A stretch of DNA of 64,000 nucleotides, taken from NCBI GenBank assembly GCA_964511655.1, contig CAZEGB010000001.1, positions 7,087-71,086 on the forward strand, written 5' to 3'. Below, in pieces: positions 24,558 through 32,848 of this stretch. The position numbers were made by a program, and so were the translations under genes. Within the stretch, counting starts at the first letter, position 1. Each line of letters starts with the position of its first letter. The notes beneath the pieces were generated by a model that saw only the letters and a program-made list of their open reading frames with translations, made no database searches and was not told the origin of the DNA. The stretch comes from an uncultured Candidatus Saccharimonas sp. (GTDB lineage Bacteria > Patescibacteriota > Saccharimonadia > Saccharimonadales > Saccharimonadaceae).

Positions 24558-25205
24558 ATGAGCGTAAGCAATAAACGAAGGAAATTGGCCAAAAAAATAA
24601 CTAGAGGCAAAGAAGCAGCGATATCGCCTACTGCTTGCCGCAAAAAATACATGCTTTTTTTGATGTTGACGGCCGGTATGTTCGCAATTGCAGCAACATC
24701 CTTTTATGTTGGTGAACTGTCTGGAACTTATATTGAAAATAACCTTGTCGGAGTTACGGCATTTATTTGCGGTGTTTTTTGCCTGGCTGAATCAATGCTA
24801 TACTTTATCGCCGGCGCAATCATCACCGTTCTAGGACGACACAAGATTGGGATAAACATATCTGAACTATCAGTCGTTTTTATCGTTATCGCAATATTGG
24901 CTGCCATAACTTTCGCAGGATATTCAACTATCAAGCTGAGAATTGTTAACGCTTCAATTAAATCCGATTTGGTCACCAACAAGAATGTATTAAATATGTA
25001 TTACGTCGACCATGGGTCATACCCGATTTCGCTTGACAGTCAGTATTGTCCCGAAGGTCCTTCTGACAAGCGATATTGTCTCAAAGCATCATCTGGGAAT
25101 ATATTTACTTACGAAGTGTCGGATTCAAACCAAAAATTTACGCTCTACGCTGAAAACCCAGCCATTGAAGACAGATCCAGTATCAATTCAGAATCTTCTC
25201 TATGA
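24558..25205 (+). CDS. type IV pilin-like protein preceded by a ~98-aa polytopic N-terminal extension
   Basis: Residues 98-125, G|INISELSVVFIVIAILAAITFAGY, parallel G|FTIIEILVVIVVIAILAAITIATY of the pilin at 60583-61752. The C-terminal head shares the two-Cys motif YGSYP...CP...(Y/F)C(L/I)K with both pilins. Confidence 0.6.
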   Translation: MSVSNKRRKLAKKITRGKEAAISPTACRKKYMLFLMLTAGMFAIAATSFYVGELSGTYIENNLVGVTAFICGVFCLAESMLYFIAGAIITVLGRHKIGINISELSVVFIVIAILAAITFAGYSTIKLRIVNASIKSDLVTNKNVLNMYYVDHGSYPISLDSQYCPEGPSDKRYCLKASSGNIFTYEVSDSNQKFTLYAENPAIEDRSSINSESSL

Positions 25206-25296
25206 CACACAAGAACGGCTAGTGTCTACGCATCACAAGCTCTATTGATCGCATACTACAAGTGCAAGATACGGTTATTATATTATAATATGTTTT

Positions 25297-26187
25297 ATGA
25301 AACGATCGTATGATCACGCTTTGGTTATTAAAAACGAGCAGTCGTCGAAACTAAAGAATTATAGTGACACGGAATTTAAACGAGCAGTCGTCGAACCGCT
25401 AATTGAATATGGTTTTGATACGACCGAGATCGACATATTGAACCGACCTAATGATACTGAACTCGATTCAAGCATCAAGCGCGAATCACTGTTAGTCCTT
25501 TGCGGAGGCGATGGCACAATCGCTAGGATTGCAGGCTACGCCATAAATAATTCGCTTTCAAACACAATACTGCCACGACCTTTTGGCGGAGCTAATGACA
25601 TAGCCACTGGGCTTTACGGCAGATCAAGCATGAATGATATCCTCAAAAACGGCGCTTCCGAACCGGCCTACAGTATCGAGGCTATTGTTCAAAAAGAAAA
25701 TGAAGAACAAAAGTCGATTCGCGCACTGGGCTACATCGGAATAGGCGCCAGCGGCCAGGCAGCAAAGGCTATAAACGAATATCAATGCAAGGGATCGACT
25801 GAATTTGGGGCTATAATTCGAGCTGCAGCGGCTGCGACTAATTCGCGACCGTTTATCTATTCAGATTCAATCAAAAGCCAAAATGAGGCCTTTGAAATAT
25901 TAGCTATCAACAACCGCATGGCTAGATATATACATTCGAAATATAACTCTACTTTCAGCCCTGAATTTACTTTAATTGAAGCAAATAATAAGTCCCGCAT
26001 GATGGGTAAGTTATGCCTGGGTGCGCTAGGCATTGCCGACGGAACCACGATAGTCCACGGACAAACCAGGGATATATTAGTCCTTTCTGATACGATTTTA
26101 CAGTCTGATGGCGAAGATACCGACATTGAAGCCGGCACGACGATTTCATTTAAAAACGGCCCTTCAATAAATATATTGCGTGTTTAG
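25297..26187 (+). CDS. diacylglycerol/sphingosine kinase-family lipid kinase (DAGK_cat, YegS/LCB5-like)
   Basis: LLVLCGGDGTIARIAG and PFGGANDIATGL match the DAGK catalytic-domain motifs. Confidence 0.65.
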   Translation: MKRSYDHALVIKNEQSSKLKNYSDTEFKRAVVEPLIEYGFDTTEIDILNRPNDTELDSSIKRESLLVLCGGDGTIARIAGYAINNSLSNTILPRPFGGANDIATGLYGRSSMNDILKNGASEPAYSIEAIVQKENEEQKSIRALGYIGIGASGQAAKAINEYQCKGSTEFGAIIRAAAAATNSRPFIYSDSIKSQNEAFEILAINNRMARYIHSKYNSTFSPEFTLIEANNKSRMMGKLCLGALGIADGTTIVHGQTRDILVLSDTILQSDGEDTDIEAGTTISFKNGPSINILRV

Positions 26188-26783
26188 CTTCTGAACTCGA
26201 ACCATTTTCGCCGTATGAATACGTCGTACACGACATAAGTGAGCAACAGTCCGCCGATAACGTCTATAGAATAATGGCCGTGTGACATGATCAATGAAAT
26301 TATTTCGCCGATTGTTGAAACCAGCAATACTGTTTTTAAACCGGGTGCTTGTTTCTTATCTACAAACAAATAGCACATATAAACCAGTGCTGTATGTCCT
26401 GACGGAAACGGACCGTTCAAAATCAACGGCGTTATCCCATAATGAATATCGGGTCGAGCTGGGCCACCAATCGGTGTTACCGCAACTATAAACGAACGTA
26501 TCCATTCCATCACACCAATGGCGGCCACGACCTGCGGTAATTTTTCTTTTCTTTTTGGAAAAAGATAAATGACTATTGATATCAATGCGACTGCGACAAA
26601 AAAGTCAGCTCCGTATTGCAGCCAAGGCACAAAAGGCAATATATCGAATAGCAAGTCGTCCAGCGCCGGCCTATTCGGTGAAATCAACGGAATCATTGCA
26701 CTGGCAAAAAAGAAAGCCGGTATAGAGGTAAGGGTAATAATGAACGCAATAACTGTAAGTTTTTTGAAACTCATATTCCTCAT
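26184..26783 (-). CDS. PAP2_C / sphingomyelin-synthase-like membrane phosphotransferase
   Basis: Six hydrophobic segments. Motifs PSGHTAL and SHGHYSIDVIGG correspond to SMS D3 (SGHT) and D4 (HYTxDV). Confidence 0.6.
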   Translation of the reverse strand: MRNMSFKKLTVIAFIITLTSIPAFFFASAMIPLISPNRPALDDLLFDILPFVPWLQYGADFFVAVALISIVIYLFPKRKEKLPQVVAAIGVMEWIRSFIVAVTPIGGPARPDIHYGITPLILNGPFPSGHTALVYMCYLFVDKKQAPGLKTVLLVSTIGEIISLIMSHGHYSIDVIGGLLLTYVVYDVFIRRKWFEFRS

Positions 26784-26843
26784 AACCGTATTATATAACG
26801 GTTGTTCGGGTTAATTAGATAATAATAATGTTTGGACTTGTTA

Positions 26844-27287
26844 CTATTTTGTCTTTTTGGCAGCTTTGCTGGCAATAGCGATCTTTTTTGGCTTTGGTAT
26901 TTCTTTGAAAGGTACAGTGACCTTCAAAACACCGTTATCGAAATGTGCCTTTATAGCTTTACTGTCAGCACGTTCCGGTAAGTATATTCGCCTATACAGG
27001 CTGCTGCTGCTTTCACGAACGATATAATTCTTTTTCTTTTTGTCCTCTTCCTTGTCATATTTTTCCGCCTGAACAATCAAATAATTGTCATCAACGCTGA
27101 CGTTAATGTCTTCTTCTTTGAAGTCGGGCAAGTGCGCTTCTACGACCATTTCTTTGCCATCGTTTGTATAGATGTCGGTCGTTGGCATATGAACGCTTCG
27201 AATCGACGCCACATCACCCACGTCAAATAATTGCCTTTGTAATGCCTCTAAGTCCGCGAATGGATCAAACCTTACAAGTTTACTCAT
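26844..27287 (-). CDS. Hsp20/alpha-crystallin small heat-shock protein
   Basis: ACD pattern ...VEAHLPDFKEEDINVSVDDNYLIVQAEK...YRRIYLPE...A.FDNGVLKVTVPF. Confidence 0.85.
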   Translation of the reverse strand: MSKLVRFDPFADLEALQRQLFDVGDVASIRSVHMPTTDIYTNDGKEMVVEAHLPDFKEEDINVSVDDNYLIVQAEKYDKEEDKKKKNYIVRESSSSLYRRIYLPERADSKAIKAHFDNGVLKVTVPFKEIPKPKKIAIASKAAKKTK

Positions 27288-27298
27288 ATAACCTCCTT

Positions 27299-27313
27299 AT
27301 AGTTAGTAACTAT
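27299..27313. promoter_or_regulatory. perfect 7-1-7 palindrome ATAGTTA-N-TAACTAT in the hsp20 leader (possible operator)
   Basis: ATAGTTAGTAACTAT lies between the predicted promoter and the SD of hsp20. Confidence 0.35.
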
Positions 27314-27362
27314 CGTTAATAACCTGAAGCCACACAACCTCCTTTCCGACGCTTCTAATAAT

Positions 27363-27391
27363 ATTATAAAGAAATATACATACGCAGTCAA
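27363..27391 (-). promoter_or_regulatory. sigma70-like promoter TTGACT-N17-TATAAT for hsp20
   Basis: On the minus strand, TTGACT is at 27391-27386 and TATAAT at 27368-27363. Confidence 0.55.
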
Positions 27392-27422
27392 ACTGTTTAA
27401 CCCTGTTACTAACATATTCTAG

Positions 27423-27809
27423 CTATATTATTGCGATGAGTTCGATGTCGAAAACAAGGTCAGAATTAGGCGGAATATTCGGAGCCGGTTGACGCGACCC
27501 ATACGCAAGCAAAGAGGGGATAATCAGCCGGCGTTTGCCGCCAACCTGCATACCTGGAACTCCTTGGCCCCAACCGACAATGACCTGACCAAGACTGAAA
27601 GTAACCGGCTGTCCAAAATCATGCGAACTCTGAAAAATTACTCCGCTTGAGGCCAAGGCCCCGGTGTAATGAGCCTTAATAGTCACGCCTTTTGATACGA
27701 CCGGACCAGTGCCTTTTTGCAGATCGATTATCTTTAATTCCGAAACAATGCCAACGGGGTCATATGCAAATAATTTTTTTCCTTCAAGAGGCGTACTTGA
27801 TATATCCAT
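27423..27809 (-). CDS. FKBP-type peptidyl-prolyl cis-trans isomerase
   Basis: V.AHYTG.L..G..F.SS.D.G.P..F.LG.VI.GW..G..GM.VGG.RRL.IP..LAYG. Confidence 0.85.
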   Translation of the reverse strand: MDISSTPLEGKKLFAYDPVGIVSELKIIDLQKGTGPVVSKGVTIKAHYTGALASSGVIFQSSHDFGQPVTFSLGQVIVGWGQGVPGMQVGGKRRLIIPSLLAYGSRQPAPNIPPNSDLVFDIELIAII

Positions 27810-27846
27810 ATATGTATTTTGTCATAGATTTGCTATACTGTCATAT

Positions 27847-28443
27847 ATGAAATCAACGACTGCCAGCAAGCCGCATCTGATTATTATGGTCGGCATCCCG
27901 GGTTCGGGCAAAAGTTTTTTTGCGGAGCATTTCGCCGAAACATTCAACGCGCCATTAATTAGTTTTCATCGTATTCGCCACGAGCTATTCAGCTCACCGA
28001 CATTCAGCAAGAACGAGAACGCAATTATCGGACAGGTTGCAAATTATATGCTAGAAGAAGTGCTAAAGACCGGTCGCACAATAGTCTACGAAGGCCAAAC
28101 AGACACTCACGTTGAACGTGGTCAGATTGCCAAAAAATCACGCGATGCTGGTTATAAACCATTGTTCATATGGGTGCAAACCGAGCCAGATACCGCCCGA
28201 AAACGGGCAACAAAAGCAAACTCCGATAGGCCAGCATTAACGGTCGATCAGTATAACGAATGTTTGAAGCGTTTTAGCGTACCAAACCAAGCCGAAAAAC
28301 CGGTTGTAATTAGCGGCAAGCACACATATGCCAGCCAACTAAAAATCGTTCTAAAGCACTTAATTGAGCCTCATACACCTGCGGCTGATGCTGCCGATCG
28401 TTCATCTCGTTCACTCAGAAACCGTAGTTTTCTGATCCGATAG
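27847..28443 (+). CDS. P-loop kinase-like ATPase (AAA_33 / polynucleotide-kinase-like)
   Basis: Walker A at the N-terminus: MVGIPGSGKSFFAE. The ATG at 27847 is preferred over the long ORF start at 27709, which overlaps the FKBP gene. Confidence 0.6.
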   Translation: MKSTTASKPHLIIMVGIPGSGKSFFAEHFAETFNAPLISFHRIRHELFSSPTFSKNENAIIGQVANYMLEEVLKTGRTIVYEGQTDTHVERGQIAKKSRDAGYKPLFIWVQTEPDTARKRATKANSDRPALTVDQYNECLKRFSVPNQAEKPVVISGKHTYASQLKIVLKHLIEPHTPAADAADRSSRSLRNRSFLIR

Positions 28444-28453
28444 AAAGAAATAT

Positions 28454-29149
28454 ATGCCGATAATTCATGACAAGGAATTTGGCAAAATAACAATTCGACG
28501 CAGCGCACAGGCAACTCAGGTTCGCGTAAGGGTCGCGCCCGACGGTACGCTTCGCGCTTCGTTGCCTTTGCACGCGCCGCTTCTTTTAGTCAAACACCTT
28601 TTGCTAAGTTCAAGGCACGAGTTGCGACGGATAATGGCCCAAGCAAAGCCCGAATATAGATACGAGAACGGCATGCTAATCGGTAAGAGCCATACCCTGA
28701 TTATTCAAGACTCCAACAGTAACGAAGTAAGCGTCTCTAGGCACGGCCTTCAAATAATCGTTAAAATACCGCGCCACATTAGTTTGAATGACGTTGATAC
28801 ATCCAGAAAAATCCGCGATAACGTTATCGCGGCGCTTAGAATCGAAGCAAAAAGCTATTTGCCAAGGCGTTTATCATTTCTGTCTGAAAAGCACAACCTA
28901 ACTTACACTAAAACCCGTTTTTCTCATGCCGGCGGACGGTGGGGAAGTTGCAGTTCAAACGGAACTATCAGCCTAAACATCGCTTTGATGAAGTTACCCT
29001 TCGAACTAATTGATTACGTAATCATTCATGAATTATCGCACACTAGACATATGAATCACGGGCCGGCTTTTTGGGCACTGGTCTCGCAAGCAGACCCAAA
29101 CTATAAAGTTCACCGCCGCGCATTAAAATTACAAAATCCTTCTATATAA
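28454..29149 (+). CDS. YgjP/DUF45-type (SprT/WLM-like) metal-dependent hydrolase
   Basis: RWGSCS...ISLN and HELSHTRHMNHGPAFW (HExxH) near the C-terminus. Confidence 0.7.
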   Translation: MPIIHDKEFGKITIRRSAQATQVRVRVAPDGTLRASLPLHAPLLLVKHLLLSSRHELRRIMAQAKPEYRYENGMLIGKSHTLIIQDSNSNEVSVSRHGLQIIVKIPRHISLNDVDTSRKIRDNVIAALRIEAKSYLPRRLSFLSEKHNLTYTKTRFSHAGGRWGSCSSNGTISLNIALMKLPFELIDYVIIHELSHTRHMNHGPAFWALVSQADPNYKVHRRALKLQNPSI

Positions 29150-29162
29150 ATATTTCTTTGCC

Positions 29163-30812
29163 ATGTATAATAAGCACAAGATGCTTAAGGGTGGTTCTAG
29201 TATCAGTCCTCGATCGGCGCAAATTTTTAGATTTGCAGAGGTATTCATTCCAGTCGTACTGGTTGCGTACGGCGTATTTATTCAATTTGATATCGTTCGT
29301 ACACCACATGCAGTTGATAGTTTTGGGTTTTATATATTTTCATTTTGGTGGGTATATCTTTGTATTCTGCAGTATATTTTTCCCGTCGAAAATAAATTAG
29401 ATTCAGCCCTTAGGTTGATTGCATTCCATCTATTAACCGGCGCATACCTGATATTTATATCTGGCGTATTTTCGCCTTTTGTGGGATGTTGGCTAATTTT
29501 AATGATCGCCTCGTATATAAATTTCTCAGACCTTGGGCTTCAAATTAGCACGTTATCGTTTATAGTCGTCGTTGCGGTTGACATTATTTTGTGGCATTAC
29601 GTCGACCCCGCATTAGCAACTCGTGATTTATTAGCCTTGGTCGCTATATTGATATCTGCCGTAATTGCGTTGGGTATTTCTCGTTCGCAAGACATTATCA
29701 GACAAGAGCTAACCCGCAGCAGGGTACAGGAATCGCTTCAACGCGACCGCGTACTGACAATTATCAATAATATGTCTGACGCCGTGATTAGCACGGACAT
29801 GGATGGCGTAATTAAAATATTTAATGCGGCATGCTTGAATTTACTCGACACGAACAACAGTCTACACGGTCGTCATATCGACGAGATTCTGCCCCTGACC
29901 GATCAAGAAAACAACAAAGTCAGTCTGTTTCAGGAGTTTCAAAAATCCAAAGTCGTCGCTAAAAGGGACGATTTAAATTATACTTTCAGCGACGGGGAAA
30001 CTATACGCCTGGAACTGATATTTTCACCAATTCGTAGCAGCTACAGCCGATCTAAAAAGGCCGAAACGCATGACGGGTATATTTTGATTATGAGGGATGT
30101 AACCAAGGCAAAGAGCCTTGAAGAAGAGCGCGATGAATTTATTAGCGTTACCAGTCACGAACTACGAACACCGATTACTATCGCAGAAGGCACCATATCA
30201 AATGTCCAGGTGATGATGGACCACCCTGATGTAACAAAGCAAATGATGAAAGATTGTATTAATACGGCGCATGATCAAGTAATGTTCTTGGCTAACATGG
30301 TTAATGATTTAAGTACTCTGTCACGCGCTGAACGGGGAGTCGCCGACAAAACCGAGGAAATCGATGTCCACGAATTAGCATACAAGATGTACGACAAGTA
30401 CAAAGACGAGGCCAAGGATAAGAAATTGCACATTAATTTGGATTTATCCCCGAAACTAGGTAAAATTCAGGCTAGCCGACTATACTTAGAAGAACTCTTG
30501 CAAAACTTCATTACTAACGCCATTAAATACACAAAAACCGGCGGTATTACGATTATCGTCAAGAACAAGGGCGGCATAGTATCTTTTGCCGTCAAAGATA
30601 CAGGCATAGGCATCAGCAAATCCGATCAGCAAAAAATATTTAACAAATTTTATCGCAGCGAGGATTACAGAACGCGCGAAACCGGCGGCAGCGGTCTTGG
30701 ACTTTACGTGGCACATAAACTAGCGCGCAAGCTGGGAACCGAAATCATGGTCAGCAGCAGGTTAAACTTCGGTTCGACTTTCAGCTTTCAGTTGCCAGAG
30801 AGCAAACAATAA
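29163..30812 (+). CDS. membrane sensor histidine kinase with PAS domain (no adjacent response regulator)
   Basis: About 5-6 TM segments, a PAS-like region (INNMSDAVISTDMDG), HisKA SHELRTPIT, and N/G1/G2 boxes (NAIKYT, DTGIGI, GGSGLGL). Confidence 0.85.
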   Translation: MYNKHKMLKGGSSISPRSAQIFRFAEVFIPVVLVAYGVFIQFDIVRTPHAVDSFGFYIFSFWWVYLCILQYIFPVENKLDSALRLIAFHLLTGAYLIFISGVFSPFVGCWLILMIASYINFSDLGLQISTLSFIVVVAVDIILWHYVDPALATRDLLALVAILISAVIALGISRSQDIIRQELTRSRVQESLQRDRVLTIINNMSDAVISTDMDGVIKIFNAACLNLLDTNNSLHGRHIDEILPLTDQENNKVSLFQEFQKSKVVAKRDDLNYTFSDGETIRLELIFSPIRSSYSRSKKAETHDGYILIMRDVTKAKSLEEERDEFISVTSHELRTPITIAEGTISNVQVMMDHPDVTKQMMKDCINTAHDQVMFLANMVNDLSTLSRAERGVADKTEEIDVHELAYKMYDKYKDEAKDKKLHINLDLSPKLGKIQASRLYLEELLQNFITNAIKYTKTGGITIIVKNKGGIVSFAVKDTGIGISKSDQQKIFNKFYRSEDYRTRETGGSGLGLYVAHKLARKLGTEIMVSSRLNFGSTFSFQLPESKQ

Positions 30813-30881
30813 GTAATTACACCTTAAGCCAGCAAAGTTATCTTGACTATATACTAGTAGTAATATACAGTAGTACTTGAC

Positions 30882-30904
30882 AGTCTGCCTTAGGCAGACT
30901 TTTT
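30882..30904 (+). terminator. rho-independent terminator
   Basis: AGTCTGCC-tta-GGCAGACT followed by TTTT. Confidence 0.65.
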
Positions 30905-30922
30905 AAGTTAGGAGTAAAGGAA

Positions 30923-31195
30923 GTGGTCAAAAAAGAAAAATTATTAAAAGTACCTACGAAACCAAAAGCTGAGAAGGCTGAAAAAGCTCCAAAACCCAAG
31001 AAGCAATCGATATTATCCAAAATAATCGGGTATTTCAAAGGTTCTTGGGAAGAACTTAAACTAGTTCGTTGGCCGGATAGAAAATCGACTTGGGGACTAA
31101 CCCTCGCAGTTATACTATTCTCCGCTTTTTTCGTCGTCTTAATTATTCTTTTGGACGAAGGCTTCAATTTATTATTCAAACTAATCATCAAATAA
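30923..31195 (+). CDS. secE: preprotein translocase subunit SecE with Lys-rich N-terminal extension (GTG start)
   Basis: C-terminal EL.KV.WP....T...T..V and a single TM. Located upstream of nusG. SD AGGAG lies upstream. Confidence 0.8.
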   Translation: MVKKEKLLKVPTKPKAEKAEKAPKPKKQSILSKIIGYFKGSWEELKLVRWPDRKSTWGLTLAVILFSAFFVVLIILLDEGFNLLFKLIIK

Positions 31196-31204
31196 AGGAA
31201 AACT

Positions 31205-31753
31205 ATGGCAAAAAAATCCAAATATGACGGTACTCGCCAATGGTATGCGATTCACACCTACAGCGGCTACGAAGAGAAAGTAGCTGACAGTATCAGACAG
31301 CGAATCAACGCAGTTGATATGGCTGACAAAATTTTTGACGTAATGGTGCCAAAAGAAAAGCAAATCGAAATTAAAAATGGCAAACGAAAAGTCGTCGAAA
31401 AGAAAATTTTCCAAGGTTACGCATTAGTCGAAATGATTTTAACTGAAGAAACATGGTATATCATCCGCAATACGCCCGGCGTCACAGGCTTCGTAGGAAC
31501 AGGCACCACACCAACCCCGGTATCTGAAAACGAGATTACGAAAATCAAACGCCGAATGGGCGTCGAGGATCCAAAGCACCAGATCGACTTCAAGATTGGC
31601 GAAGTCGTCAGTATAACCGATGGCCCATTCAGAGGCTTTGACGGTGCAATTTCCGAAATCGACAACCAAAAAGGCAAAGTCAAGGTCATGGTCAGCATGT
31701 TCGGCCGTGACACGTCGGTCGAACTTGACGCATTACAGGTGCGTAAGGTATAA
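31205..31753 (+). CDS. nusG: transcription termination/antitermination factor NusG
   Basis: WYAIHTYSGYE (NGN domain) and KOW GEVVSITDGPFRGFDGAISEID..KGKVKV.V.MFGR.T.VEL. Confidence 0.93.
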   Translation: MAKKSKYDGTRQWYAIHTYSGYEEKVADSIRQRINAVDMADKIFDVMVPKEKQIEIKNGKRKVVEKKIFQGYALVEMILTEETWYIIRNTPGVTGFVGTGTTPTPVSENEITKIKRRMGVEDPKHQIDFKIGEVVSITDGPFRGFDGAISEIDNQKGKVKVMVSMFGRDTSVELDALQVRKV

Positions 31754-31800
31754 TACCCCAGTTACGCACTCGCTAATAACGAGCCAAAGGAATTAATTAT

Positions 31801-32226
31801 ATGGCAAAAAAGATTATCGGAAATTTGAAATTACGAATCCCAGCAGGCCGCGCGACTGCCGGTCCTCCGGTAGGTTCGACATTAGGCCAGTGGGGCTTGA
31901 ATATGATGCAATTCATAAACCCATTCAACGATGCGACCAAAGATTTAATGGGCAAAGACGTCATCGTCCACCTGCAAGTCTACGAAGACAGAACCTTCGA
32001 TTGGAAGTGTCTAGGGCAACCGGTTGACGAACTGATCAAAGAAAAGATTAAAATCGACAAAGGCAGCGGTAAACCGCACGTCGACAAGGTCGGCAAGATT
32101 ACCCGTGCCCAACTGGAAGAAATCGCTGAAATTAAAAAAGACCAATTAAACGCAATTGACATGGACGGCCGCGTAAAAATCATTGCCGGCACCGCTAGGT
32201 CAATGGGCGTCGAAGTCGTCGAGTAA
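31801..32226 (+). CDS. rplK: 50S ribosomal protein L11
   Basis: LKL.IPAG.A...PPVG..LGQ.G.N.M.F...FN and synteny with nusG. Confidence 0.92.
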   Translation: MAKKIIGNLKLRIPAGRATAGPPVGSTLGQWGLNMMQFINPFNDATKDLMGKDVIVHLQVYEDRTFDWKCLGQPVDELIKEKIKIDKGSGKPHVDKVGKITRAQLEEIAEIKKDQLNAIDMDGRVKIIAGTARSMGVEVVE

Positions 32227-32248
32227 TAATATATTTCAATCTATTAGA

Positions 32249-32280
32249 CATCACGAACAACCGTTCGTGATGTTTATTTT
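32249..32280 (+). terminator. rho-independent terminator after rplK
   Basis: CATCACGAAC-aacc-GTTCGTGATG followed by TTTATTTT. Confidence 0.75.
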
Positions 32281-32307
32281 GACAAAGCATTACATGAGTG
32301 TTATTAA
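32279..32307 (+). promoter_or_regulatory. sigma70-like promoter TTGACA-N17-TATTAA
   Basis: TTGACA at 32279-32284 and TATTAA at 32302-32307. Two leader hairpins follow (TCTCATTCGC..GCGAAATGAGA and ACTGGAT..ATCCAGT). Confidence 0.5.
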
Positions 32308-32388
32308 TATTATAGTCTCATTCGCGTGCGAAATGAGATCGTAAACTGGATTATTACATCCAGTAATTTTAAAAGGAGGTGTGCCTGA

Positions 32389-32691
32389 GTGGGAATTGGT
32401 TTATCTTTGTTCAAAAGAGTTTTTTTAAGACCAAAAGAACCTTTAGTAATTACTTATTGCGATCAGTGCGAAAACTTTATCCAAGTTAAACTTGTCCGGC
32501 CGCGAATTAATTCTCACAAATTTCATTTATGCAGAAGCGTAGAACTGCCAACCGAAATTGAGCCGATCAGTAACAAGAGAATGCACTTCAGAACCAATAA
32601 ACGTGCCGTTAAGACTTTCACCAACGACAAATATGCTCGCTGCGTAGACGTTAACAACGGACAATGTAATTCTTTTATCGACAAATCATAA
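32389..32691 (+). CDS. small Cys-containing (zinc-ribbon-like?) hypothetical protein inserted between rplK and rplA, GTG start
   Basis: Strong SD AAAGGAGGTG 6 nt before the GTG. Contains CDQC ... HKFHLC ... C-x8-C. It has its own promoter and a terminator (hairpin TAGCTCC...GGAGCTA followed by a T-run, about 32715-32750). Confidence 0.5.
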   Translation: MGIGLSLFKRVFLRPKEPLVITYCDQCENFIQVKLVRPRINSHKFHLCRSVELPTEIEPISNKRMHFRTNKRAVKTFTNDKYARCVDVNNGQCNSFIDKS

Positions 32692-32848
32692 CCTAACCGA
32701 CCGTACCCCCTAAATATAGCTCCTTAGTTTTAACTGGGAGCTATTTTATTTTTCGAATAATTATGCTACAATATCACAAGTAAAAATCAATGTTGGGACC
32801 ATATCAAAAGATATGGGTTATTACCACAGAAAGGATTAGTCTAATAAT

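Noticed and set aside
27709-27846. A long N-terminal extension of the P-loop kinase ORF, overlapping the FKBP gene on the opposite strand.
   Set aside because: The extension is antisense to a conserved gene. The Walker A motif follows the internal ATG at 27847 closely (its first Gly is at about residue 15), which gives a normal architecture.
29158-29400. An 80-aa ORF overlapping the start of the histidine kinase in another frame.
   Set aside because: The histidine kinase frame continues into recognisable TM, PAS and HisKA domains. The alternative frame is a hydrophobic shadow with no independent signals.
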